Positions 24,929-33,156 of a DNA stretch of 64,000 nucleotides are shown one piece after another. Positions within the stretch are counted from its first letter, which is position 1, and every line of letters starts with the position of its first letter. The position numbers and the translations under genes are program-made. The stretch covers positions 32,001 to 96,000 of the IMG/VR virus record IMGVR_UViG_3300021478_000019; one strand, given 5' to 3'. The notes under the pieces were generated by a model. The model worked only from the letters and a program-made list of their open reading frames with translations. It did not search any database and was not told where the DNA came from. This stretch comes from a virus.

Positions 24929-26365
24929 ATGAAGTCGAGGGAACAACGCCAGGCCGAAAGCGCCTACGAACTGCTATTCGGTATCTACGCCAGACAGTCC
25001 CTGACCAGGGGCGAAACCGAATCTCTGCCCGACCAGGTGGAGCGGGGTCGCAGGGCGGTGGCGAGGGAGGGCACCGCGGTGGTGGAGTTCATCGAGCCCC
25101 CGTCCACATCCGGCTCCAAGCATCGTGGTCTGAAGCGCCAGGAGTTCCCCAAGCTCGTAGAGATGGTGAGATCGGGGGAGATAAATGCGGTCTGGGCCCT
25201 CACCACTGCTCGCATCAGCCGAGGCGGGGGGCCCGGCTGGGCTCCGCTCCTCCAGGCTGCCATCGACATGGGCCTGGACCTCAACCGCTTCGTGATGATC
25301 AGGGATAAGTTCTTGGATGAATCCGCGCTCAACCGTAAGGCTGACGCTGACCGGGAGTTCGCTGAGCAGATGAGCGAATACAGCATCGACAATAAGGAGC
25401 GTGAGGCTCGGGACGGCAAGCCCTCTCCTGGTGGTCTGCGCCCGTTCGGTCGCAACAAGGACGGCCTCACTGAGCATAGGACCGAGGGCCCCATGGTGCG
25501 ACAGATGGGTCGGGAGGCTCTAGGCGGGCGCAAGCCTTACAGCTTCGCTGAGGAACTGAACAGGAAGGGGATCAAAAATACCGGTGGTGGCAAGTTCACA
25601 CCGGAGTCGGTTCGTCGTATTCTCGTCTCGCCCCGCACCGCCGGGTATCGAGAGATCGGTAGCGATCTCATCCCAATAATCGGATGCGAACCGTTGATTG
25701 AGCGGGAAGCCTGGAAGAGATTACGGGACATGCTGGAGACCAACAAGGAGTGGGACACCAGGCCCCGCCATCCGAAGACCTTTGAGTTGCACGGCTTCGT
25801 CTTCTGCGCTCTCTGCGGAAAGGGGCTCCGGGGCCGCTACAAGAGCAACACCAGTGATGAAGATCGCCGCTACTGCTGTCCTTCGGTCGCGCAGGGCGGT
25901 TGCAACAAGATCTCGGCCAGTGCGGCCCAGCTAGAACGAGAGATGGAGCGGAAGGTCATGGGTCAGCTGGCCGACCCCGCGTTTCGTCGAGGGCTGCTGG
26001 CCGGCCAGGAGGATCAGCCGAGTTCGGAACTGGAGGCCCTGAGCAAGGAGAAGGCAGCCCTCCAGACACAGCGCCTCGGGTTCATGGACCTGGCAGGCGT
26101 GTTCACCAAGGACGAGATCGCGGCCAAGGTGCGCCCGGTAGACCAGGCCATCAAGAAGATCGATCACCAGATGGGCACACTGCTGAGCGCCCGACATCAG
26201 TTGGCGATCAGCGTGGACCTCGACAACCTCCCTACCTGGGCAGAGGCGACCTTCGACCAGAAGCGTGACCTGATGCGTCTGGTGGTGAATCGGGTCGAGG
26301 TCGGTAAGTCGAAGACGAAGGGTCGCGCCTGGGACGCTTCCCGGTTGACTTGGCATCTTCGCTGA
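24929..26365 (+). CDS. int: Large serine recombinase (integrase)
   Basis: Catalytic IYARQS; recombinase domain PFG...A..LN..GI....G..F; zinc ribbon CALCG...YCC...C; coiled coil; TACCGT-N6-ATG. Confidence 0.93.
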   Translation: MKSREQRQAESAYELLFGIYARQSLTRGETESLPDQVERGRRAVAREGTAVVEFIEPPSTSGSKHRGLKRQEFPKLVEMVRSGEINAVWALTTARISRGGGPGWAPLLQAAIDMGLDLNRFVMIRDKFLDESALNRKADADREFAEQMSEYSIDNKEREARDGKPSPGGLRPFGRNKDGLTEHRTEGPMVRQMGREALGGRKPYSFAEELNRKGIKNTGGGKFTPESVRRILVSPRTAGYREIGSDLIPIIGCEPLIEREAWKRLRDMLETNKEWDTRPRHPKTFELHGFVFCALCGKGLRGRYKSNTSDEDRRYCCPSVAQGGCNKISASAAQLEREMERKVMGQLADPAFRRGLLAGQEDQPSSELEALSKEKAALQTQRLGFMDLAGVFTKDEIAAKVRPVDQAIKKIDHQMGTLLSARHQLAISVDLDNLPTWAEATFDQKRDLMRLVVNRVEVGKSKTKGRAWDASRLTWHLR

Positions 26366-26501
26366 TCCTGCTCAGCATGATCTGGGCCAGGACTCGACCG
26401 GCCTCATAGGCAAGCTCGTCGGACCACTCTGTCCCTTGCCGGGCTCTGATAGCTCTGACCTCGGCGGTCATCTCGTCCAGTTCTTCCCGGCTGTAGGGCA
26501 T
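26232..26501 (-). CDS. Small protein convergent with and overlapping the integrase 3' end
   Basis: TACCGT-N7-ATG leaderless arrangement; helical N-terminal half. Confidence 0.5.
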   Translation of the reverse strand: MPYSREELDEMTAEVRAIRARQGTEWSDELAYEAGRVLAQIMLSRISEDAKSTGKRPRRDPSSSTYRPRPDSPPDASGHASGRRSPLPR

Positions 26502-26570
26502 GGAGCCGACGGTACGAGCCGGCCTGGCGGCGCACCCCCTTGGCGCTGAAGTTCACCTAAATGGTCGTCC

Positions 26571-26602
26571 TGACTTGCACCCAACCTTCGGTGTGGTAGG
26601 GT
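26571..26602 (+). promoter_or_regulatory. Repeated promoter P12, with no downstream ORF
   Basis: TGAC-TTGCAC-N16-TAGGGT. Confidence 0.75.
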
Positions 26603-26608
26603 TTTGTC

Positions 26609-26680
26609 ACCGGGGATTGGAACCCTTCGGTGGTTGGTTGGTTGTGTCATCGTGAAGAGCCCCCTTCGGGGGGCTCTTCT
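26609..26680 (+). ncRNA. Predicted ~72-nt small RNA
   Basis: Starts at the P12 +1; weak 5' hairpin, G/U-rich unpaired core, ends in GAAGAGCCCCC-TTCG-GGGGGCTCTTC. Confidence 0.6.
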
Positions 26681-26757
26681 AGTTGTGGAGCCCCCTCCCC
26701 AGGGCGGGCGGGGAGGGAAGCTCCGAAGAGGGACGTGGTTGTTGTGACTACGTGCCC

Positions 26758-27453
26758 TCAGCAGCCATCGTAGGGTCTCCATGGCTGAGCGCCGTCCTTG
26801 GCGTACAGCTGCTGGAACGCCGCGTCCTGCTCCGACCGGGAGGCCGTCCAGGCGCTCCCAGACCGGCCCAGGCTGGCCCAGGTGCTGTTCAGGATCCCGT
26901 AAATGTTGCTGGACCCAGCACCGTTTGTCGACTCCCTGAAGGCCACACAGGACTGGAAGGAGCCCGGCGCCCCATATGACCGGGGCGCCGAGTACGACCT
27001 GCTCACCACAGGCGCCCGGACGGGTGTATAAGTCCTGGTAGGAGCCGTGTAGTAGTGGTGAACGGGAGGTGTACTGGCGGGGGCCGTGGGTAGAACAACA
27101 GGGGCCGGCACATAGCTGACAGGTGGGAGGGTGATGACCTGGCCCACCAGGATCAAGTTCGGATTGGGAACGTGGTTGTAGGAGGCCAGTTGTTCCCAGG
27201 TCCGGGCTGGGCGGGCTCGGGTGCCGATCAGCCAGAGGGAGTCTCCCGATCGCACGGTGACCCTCGGCATCGGCGCCTGGACCCGCAGCGCCGTGAGGAC
27301 GGCTCTCGGGGGCGAACCACTGGCCTGGGCCACATCTCCTACCGCTGGAAGGTGGCTACCGGGGCCTACCGGCGCCGCTGCTGCTGTCGCTGCGGATGCT
27401 GCAAAGGGAAGTGCGCCCGCTAGGGCGCACATGAGTAGGAACTTCTTCCTCAT
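26758..27453 (-). CDS. Secreted LysM plus Rpf-like lytic transglycosylase
   Basis: RBS AAGGAG; signal peptide; LysM VRSGDSLW.I...NPNLILVGQVITLP; C-terminal CV..RES...YG....TW...EQ...F..LY...G.QPW. Confidence 0.85.
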   Translation of the reverse strand: MRKKFLLMCALAGALPFAASAATAAAAPVGPGSHLPAVGDVAQASGSPPRAVLTALRVQAPMPRVTVRSGDSLWLIGTRARPARTWEQLASYNHVPNPNLILVGQVITLPPVSYVPAPVVLPTAPASTPPVHHYYTAPTRTYTPVRAPVVSRSYSAPRSYGAPGSFQSCVAFRESTNGAGSSNIYGILNSTWASLGRSGSAWTASRSEQDAAFQQLYAKDGAQPWRPYDGC

Positions 27454-27630
27454 GGGTCTCCTTGGTCTCGGGGGACTTGCGAGGGCTCTGACTACGAACC
27501 CTGGTCTGTGTCGAGGGGCGCGCTCCTTCCTGGCTAGGTGAAACAGTGGATCTGGCAACCTTAGTCGATGTACAGTTCCGAAAACCGGTCTGGGGAAGAG
27601 CAGTCTCCGAGTCAGGAAAGGGCGATTTTT

Positions 27631-28011
27631 ATGGCGAGACGCAGCGCTGCCGACACCCTCATCGAGGAGGCTGCCATCTTCCTGCGCTGCCGGGCCTATG
27701 GCCACAGCTGGGACGAATTTTTCCCCGACGACATGGAGCAGCCCTGGTACGGCTGGCGGCTGAGCCTGCGCTGCGTCCGCTGCGGCACGGAGCGCCATGA
27801 CAACATCGACTTCAAGGGCGCCATGATGAGCCGACGCTACATCCACCCGCTGGGCTACCTGACCCGTAAAGGCGACGCCAAACCGACCAGGACTGAGTTC
27901 CGTGAGGAGCTATTTATCAGCCTGCGTGCCAGACTGGAGAAGATCAACGCGGTGGGCGAAGACGCTGAGATCACGCCCATCAAGTCGGCCCGGAAAGCCA
28001 GGAGCGCATGA
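27631..28011 (+). CDS. Zinc-binding hypothetical protein
   Basis: CRAYGHSW...LRCVRCGTER.D...Y..P.GY. Confidence 0.75.
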   Translation: MARRSAADTLIEEAAIFLRCRAYGHSWDEFFPDDMEQPWYGWRLSLRCVRCGTERHDNIDFKGAMMSRRYIHPLGYLTRKGDAKPTRTEFREELFISLRARLEKINAVGEDAEITPIKSARKARSA

Positions 28012-28886
28012 CCACCCGTACCCGCACCCGCACCTCGACCAACGGCAAGGTGACCCACCGGGAGACGGTGGGCATCGAGGAGATCGACCCGGAGACGGCG
28101 CAGCGGTGGTTGGAGGGTAACGTCGATAACAGAGTCCTGCGGGAGTCTCGGGTCGTAAAGCTGGGTGGAATTCTTCAGCGGGACGAGTGGGAACTGACTG
28201 GCGACGCCATTGTTTTCGATGACCAGGACGTGCTGCTCAACGGCCAACACCGGCTGAGCGCCATCGTGGTCACCGGAATACCGGCCCGGCTCCTGGTCCT
28301 CCGGGGGGTCCCCTCCAAGGCACAGGAGGTCATGGATCAGGGGTTGAGCCGGAACTTGGGTGACCAGCTGCATCGCCGCGGCGTGTCCTACGCCTTCGTG
28401 ATCTCGGGGGGCCTGCACTGGCTGCACCAGATGCGCTACAACGAGGCCACCGGGGGCGCCCACTACGTGGACTCCGCGGAGCATCCCACCCTGCGCCAGC
28501 TGCTGGCCATCCATGAGGAGACCGCCCCCCACCTGGAGGAGTTGGCGCCCTCCATCAACAAGCTGCGCTACTACACCAAGGTCCGTCCGGGCCCCACCCT
28601 GGCCCTGCGCTACCGCCTGGGTCAGATCGACGAGACCGAGGCCCAGCTGTTCTTCGACTCCTGGCGGGAGGGCACCGGCCTGGCCAAGGATGACCCCATC
28701 TTCCGGCTACGGGAGTGGTGCATGGCTGACGCTCGCTTTCGCTCGACCAAGGGTCGGACGCCGGCCTACCGCTACGTGGCCTACGTACTGGTGGCCTGGA
28801 ACCGCTGGCGGGACCAGGTGCCCATGCGCCAGCTGACCTGGCACTTCACCCCCAGTCAGAAGGACCCATGGCCGACACCCCACTGA
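28008..28886 (+). CDS. ParB/Srx-like N-terminal domain protein
   Basis: P..A..WL..N..NR...W...G..I.FD....LLNGQHRL.AI. Confidence 0.75.
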   Translation: MTTRTRTRTSTNGKVTHRETVGIEEIDPETAQRWLEGNVDNRVLRESRVVKLGGILQRDEWELTGDAIVFDDQDVLLNGQHRLSAIVVTGIPARLLVLRGVPSKAQEVMDQGLSRNLGDQLHRRGVSYAFVISGGLHWLHQMRYNEATGGAHYVDSAEHPTLRQLLAIHEETAPHLEELAPSINKLRYYTKVRPGPTLALRYRLGQIDETEAQLFFDSWREGTGLAKDDPIFRLREWCMADARFRSTKGRTPAYRYVAYVLVAWNRWRDQVPMRQLTWHFTPSQKDPWPTPH

Positions 28887-29959
28887 CGTCTCGGCCCCGA
28901 GTGGGTAAGGCCCCTGGCGGGCGTCTGGCGAAAGGCACCGTCCCGCTCCCTGACGAAGTCGAGTCGCACCCGCGGGCCGGTAAGTGGAGTTGGGGTGGTG
29001 GTGACGGTGGTGACCCCTTCCTCCAGTCCCTGCGGCCCCAGGACGTGGCCCACCAGCGCCAGCAGCTGCTGCGCTGGTGGTCCCACCCCGGTGAGTGGCA
29101 GCACAAGTTCGCCCTCCATGGCCGGCGCAACATTCCCGGTTGGCTGGAGCATCCCGAACGGGAGGCCGAGGAGGTTCGCTGGTGGATGGAGGACACGTTC
29201 AGGAAGGCTGAGTTGTACTGGGTGAGCCCGGAGATGACCGACGTCATCACCACCCTGGCGCCCGGCATCCCCGACACCCTGCCCCAGCCTCCGGTGCCTC
29301 ACGCCCTGGTCATGTTCGCCAAGTCCATCCCTGGCACCGACGCCGAGGACGGCAGCAACATCTACACCTCGGCGTTCCTGTGGAGCGACATCGACCTGTA
29401 CAAGATCGGCCCTTGCATCGCTATGGAGAGCTACGCCTGGCGGGATTGGGTGGGCCTGTACCGGGGCCTCGACGACGAGGGCCAGCAGCTGTTCCGTGAG
29501 ATCTACCCCAACCGGCTCATGCCCACCGGGGGCTCGGAGTGGCCCATGGGTGCCCTGACCTCGGAGTTCGATACCGCCCCAGCTGAGGATGACCTGCAGA
29601 GGCAGTCCATGGTGGAGGACCGCCGGCTGCTGTCGACCTTCTGGGCCCTGGCCTCTCAGAAGATTGTGATCGAGTCTCGTCACCAGCCCTCTCGGGCAGA
29701 GCGGCGTGCCGCCCAGCGGGAGGGTCGTCCCCTCGACGAGGTTCGTGTGATCCGGCTGCGGGAACCCGCCACCCGCAGCCGCGGTGATGCTGGTTCGGAT
29801 GTGGAGTGGTCCCACCGGTGGATCGTCGGTAAACACTGGCGAAACCAGTGGTACCCCGCATCCGGCCAGCATCGCCCAAAGCTGATCGAGGCGTACCAGA
29901 AGGGCCCGGCTGACAAGCCTCTGGTGCTACGTGAGACAGTGCGAGCCTTGGTGCGGTAA
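28868..29959 (+). CDS. Phage protein of unknown function
   Basis: C-terminal HRWIV..HWRNQWYP...H....I..Y.KGP motif, recognised from other actinophages. Confidence 0.75.
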   Translation: MADTPLTSRPRVGKAPGGRLAKGTVPLPDEVESHPRAGKWSWGGGDGGDPFLQSLRPQDVAHQRQQLLRWWSHPGEWQHKFALHGRRNIPGWLEHPEREAEEVRWWMEDTFRKAELYWVSPEMTDVITTLAPGIPDTLPQPPVPHALVMFAKSIPGTDAEDGSNIYTSAFLWSDIDLYKIGPCIAMESYAWRDWVGLYRGLDDEGQQLFREIYPNRLMPTGGSEWPMGALTSEFDTAPAEDDLQRQSMVEDRRLLSTFWALASQKIVIESRHQPSRAERRAAQREGRPLDEVRVIRLREPATRSRGDAGSDVEWSHRWIVGKHWRNQWYPASGQHRPKLIEAYQKGPADKPLVLRETVRALVR

Positions 29960-29976
29960 TCAAGAAAAGGAGAGAA

Positions 29977-30249
29977 ATGACACTCGTATCCGAAGCCCAG
30001 GTTGACAACATCGAGGAAGGGAAGCTGCTGTTCGTAATTCTTGACAAGACTGGCGACACCAAGCACATCTGGGACCGCAGCAATCCCGACGAGGTGGCCG
30101 AGGCCCGTGCCCTGTTCACCCGCATGACCGGTGAGCGCAAGTTCCAGGCGTGGTCGGTCACCAGGAAGGGTGACAAGGATCAGCGCATCACCGAGTTCGA
30201 CCCCCAAGCTGAGAAGGTGATCTTCGCCCCGGCCCTGGTGGGCGGCTGA
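29977..30249 (+). CDS. Small protein ending in a C-terminal Gly-Gly
   Basis: RBS AAGGAG; GDTK.IWD...EV..AR..F...EFDP.AE......LVGG*. Confidence 0.8.
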   Translation: MTLVSEAQVDNIEEGKLLFVILDKTGDTKHIWDRSNPDEVAEARALFTRMTGERKFQAWSVTRKGDKDQRITEFDPQAEKVIFAPALVGG

Positions 30250-30869
30250 TGCCTCAGACCGGCTACTGGCCGCAGCAGTACTACAGCACCACCGCGGCCA
30301 CCATCAACTACACCCCGATCATCACCACCACAGCCATCAGCCCCAACACGATCTGGCAGAACTGGGTGAACACCTCGGCCACCACTATCACCTACGTTCC
30401 CACCTACTCCAACGAGGTGTGGCACAACTGGGCCAACCAGCTGAGCCAGTACGACTACCGGTACACGCTGCCGGCGCCGACGCCCGAAGCTATCCGTGAA
30501 GGCGAAGAGCGTTACGAGCGGCAGCGCCAGGAGCTACAGGCTGCCCGCACCCGTGCCCGTGTGCTGCTGGGCGAGTTCCTCAACGAGGGGCAGAAGACAG
30601 AGCTTGAGCGCCACGGTCGGTTCCATGTCACCGGGTCCAAGGGCCGGCGCTACTGCATCCGCACCAGCGGGCAGCAGGGCAACGTGGACCTGCTCACCGA
30701 CAAGGGCGACGTTCAGGCCACCTTGTGCGCCCACCCCCGTGGTGGCCTGCCTGACGGTGACGCCTGGCTGATGCAGCTGATTGAGATCCGTCATGACGAG
30801 GACCGTTTCCTGCACGTCGCCAACGTCCACCGTGGCCAGCTGCCTCGGGAGCTAGTCCGGGCGTACTGA
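30249..30869 (+). CDS. Protein translationally coupled to the Gly-Gly protein
   Basis: TGATG overlap; Thr/aromatic-rich N-terminus; LCAHP...LPDGD C-terminal domain. Confidence 0.8.
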   Translation: MPQTGYWPQQYYSTTAATINYTPIITTTAISPNTIWQNWVNTSATTITYVPTYSNEVWHNWANQLSQYDYRYTLPAPTPEAIREGEERYERQRQELQAARTRARVLLGEFLNEGQKTELERHGRFHVTGSKGRRYCIRTSGQQGNVDLLTDKGDVQATLCAHPRGGLPDGDAWLMQLIEIRHDEDRFLHVANVHRGQLPRELVRAY

Positions 30870-30875
30870 CCCATG

Positions 30876-30957
30876 GGAGGAATGCAGAGGGGTCGGCGTG
30901 TGGGATTGATCACCCACCACTAGCCAGCGAGGAACGGCTGGCACCCTCTGCATCTCC
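30876..30957. terminator. Multi-branched hairpin between convergent genes
   Basis: ATGCAGAGGG/CCCTCTGCAT outer stem enclosing two inner hairpins. Confidence 0.55.
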
Positions 30958-31175
30958 TATGGCTCGGTGGTACCGCCCAGCGCCGCTGCGATCTCGGACA
31001 CCTTGGCCTCGACCGCGGCCACCAGTTCGTCCACCTTGGCCTCGATGGCGGGCCGCACCTCGGCAGCGGCAGCCTGTACCGCGGTCTTGATTTCGGCAGC
31101 CTTGGCCTGGACGCTGTCGATCAGGGCCCGGAGATCTGCGGCGACGGGGTTATCAGCAGGGGGAGTATCAGTCAT
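30957..31175 (-). CDS. Small Ala-rich amphipathic helical protein
   Basis: Leaderless start below a degenerate promoter GAC-TTTCAC-N16-TAGCAT-N7-ATG. Confidence 0.65.
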   Translation of the reverse strand: MTDTPPADNPVAADLRALIDSVQAKAAEIKTAVQAAAAEVRPAIEAKVDELVAAVEAKVSEIAAALGGTTEP

Positions 31176-31204
31176 GATGTCGATGCTAATGCGGGAGGTC
31201 AACA

Positions 31205-31495
31205 GTGAAAGTCGAAGCCGTTCAATGCGACGCCAAGGGTTGCCCCAATATCGAGGTGCCCGAGGGGGCCGATCTGCCTTACGGCTGGTTGCTGGTGGAT
31301 ATCTACCAGGAGGGTGACGGCAACGTGGTGAACGGTGCCGTCTTTTGCTCCTGGGTCTGCTTGAGCGCCAACAGCCAGGCGCGCACCCCGGCGGCGCCGC
31401 TCAAGCGCAAGCGCCGCACCAGGGCCCAGATCGAGGCCGATGCGTTGGCTGCTACCCACGGCTCTGTCCCTGACCTGGAGATCCCCAGTGCCTGA
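31205..31495 (+). CDS. Small zinc-finger-like protein with a basic tail
   Basis: CD..GC...P.GW...FCSW.C; KRKRRTRAQIEA; RBS GGAGG. Confidence 0.7.
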   Translation: MKVEAVQCDAKGCPNIEVPEGADLPYGWLLVDIYQEGDGNVVNGAVFCSWVCLSANSQARTPAAPLKRKRRTRAQIEADALAATHGSVPDLEIPSA

Positions 31496-31661
31496 CGTAC
31501 CGGACAGCCTGGAGGCGTTCCCTCCGGTGTCTGAGCTAGGCGGCGCCATCGGGCGCACGGCCTCTCCAGCCTGCAAGCAGGGCCAGCATGACCTGTGCCA
31601 GGACGACAGCTGCCAGTGCCGCCATCATGAGCGGCTCTGGTACGACCGCGTCATCTCCTGA
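31488..31661 (+). CDS. Small Cys/His-rich protein
   Basis: SPAC..G.H..C....C.C.HH. Confidence 0.55.
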   Translation: MPDVPDSLEAFPPVSELGGAIGRTASPACKQGQHDLCQDDSCQCRHHERLWYDRVIS

Positions 31662-32134
31662 TGCACCAGGAGACCTTCAACCTGGTCTGCGTGATCTTGG
31701 AGGACTCAGCCGGCAAGGACGTCGAGGAGATCGCCGCCACCATCCTGCGAGATCTGGGCTTCCAGGGGGAGGAGATCCTCGACCACCTGGACCCGCCCAA
31801 GGGGATTGGGCGCTGGCTGGAGTCACACGGGCTGTCCCTGGTGGCCACCCATGAGGTGGCCCCACCGCAGGAGTGGGATGAGCTAGAACAAGAGGCCCAC
31901 CTGGAGGAGGCTCGACTTGAGGGGGGGACTCCCAAGGGAGAGATACCGTCACTCCAGGTGGGCGATTACGTAGAGTACAAGACCGCCCCACAGGGTCCGC
32001 GCAAGGTGTCTCAGCTGGGCTCGGGGGCGGTGGTGGAGGTCTCCGACCAGGGTGGGCTCATCGTGGTGCAGGGCAGCCCCCACGATGTGTACCTGCGCCC
32101 TGGTGACGGAGACACCATCAACGTGGTCCGCTAA
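31661..32134 (+). CDS. Hypothetical protein with an SH3-like C-terminus
   Basis: LQVGDYVEY.....G.G.VVEV. Confidence 0.65.
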   Translation: MHQETFNLVCVILEDSAGKDVEEIAATILRDLGFQGEEILDHLDPPKGIGRWLESHGLSLVATHEVAPPQEWDELEQEAHLEEARLEGGTPKGEIPSLQVGDYVEYKTAPQGPRKVSQLGSGAVVEVSDQGGLIVVQGSPHDVYLRPGDGDTINVVR

Positions 32135-33156
32135 CCCCGCCGTAGCCGGCGCCGCGGCTCAGCTGGGGGCTCGGGCACCTCGACGACGGACGGAACGGGC
32201 TGCTCGGGAGTCATGTTGAAGGCCACGCCCTCGACGGTTTTCCCCAGGTCTGTGAGAAAGCTGTCGAAAACGTCGGACATGCGGGCCACGAAGGTGTTGC
32301 CGAACCGGTCGAGGATGTCCTCCAGGCCGGCCCAGTCCGGGGCCACGATCACGTCGGTCTCCTCGACCACGGTGACGACCTCGGGCTCAGCTGGCTCCTC
32401 CTCGGGCTCCTCTGCAGCTTCCTCCTCGACCCCGCTCTGAGCAGCCAGGATGTCACTGACCATCTGCTCCCGGCTCTTGCGAGGAGGCAGGTTCAGGGTG
32501 GCAGCCACCTCCTTGAGCCGCAGCATGGACATCTCCTTCAGGTCGGTGCGGGAGTAGATGTCGCCGGCTTCGGCCTCCTCGGTCGCTTCCTCGGTGGCCT
32601 CGGGCCGGATGGCGGTGACGGTGGCCTCGACGGGCTCGGCGTCTTCGTCCCAGCCCATGGGGGTCAGGGCGTCGCTCAACTCGTAGACGGCGATCTCGTC
32701 GTCGAGGAACTGGCTGGAGATCCGCTCCATCTCGTCGTTGCGCTCGTCGTCCCACAGGATGAACAGGGCTGACTCGCTGGCCTCCTTCAGGATCTGCTCC
32801 ATCTGCAGTAGGGGGTTGTCGATGTTGTAGGTGCGGGAGGCGCTGTTGGCCACCTCGGTGAAGGTGCGCCGGGCCCGGTCGTCGGGCTTGGTGATCACCT
32901 CGTAGGGGATCTCAAATTCCTTGGCCGAGGCGGCGTAGTCGGCCAGGGTCTGGGTGAACTCGTCGGCGGTCAGCACGAAGACCCAGCGGACCTTGTCGTC
33001 CTTGGACACCTTGCCATCGATGAACTCCTCGATGAGGGTGGTGCCGTGTTCAACGTCCATGGCTCCGGTGCCGAAGAAGCCGATGGTCAGGGCTGGGGTG
33101 GATGCTCGGGCAGGCAATGGGGGGCTCCCTTCGTCAGTACCCCCCCATGCCAGCAA
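32131..33156 (-). CDS. Acidic protein with an alpha/beta N-terminal domain and a Rho-N/HeH-like motif; start probably near 33117
   Basis: TIGFFGTG; LKEMSMLRLKEVAATLNL....SREQMVSDIL. Confidence 0.7.
   Translation of the reverse strand: MLAWGGTDEGSPPLPARASTPALTIGFFGTGAMDVEHGTTLIEEFIDGKVSKDDKVRWVFVLTADEFTQTLADYAASAKEFEIPYEVITKPDDRARRTFTEVANSASRTYNIDNPLLQMEQILKEASESALFILWDDERNDEMERISSQFLDDEIAVYELSDALTPMGWDEDAEPVEATVTAIRPEATEEATEEAEAGDIYSRTDLKEMSMLRLKEVAATLNLPPRKSREQMVSDILAAQSGVEEEAAEEPEEEPAEPEVVTVVEETDVIVAPDWAGLEDILDRFGNTFVARMSDVFDSFLTDLGKTVEGVAFNMTPEQPVPSVVEVPEPPAEPRRRLRRG

Noticed and set aside
27454-27600. c-di-AMP (ydaO) riboswitch upstream of the Rpf-like gene
   Set aside because: The conserved riboswitch sequence blocks could not be found in the leader.
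30882-30953. tRNA gene (T-arm-like GTGGG...CCCAC hairpin)
   Set aside because: No TTCRA loop, D arm or anticodon arm geometry; kept only as a structured element.
33118-33150. Hammerhead ribozyme core (CTGACGA on the minus strand)
   Set aside because: No stem II followed by GAAA.
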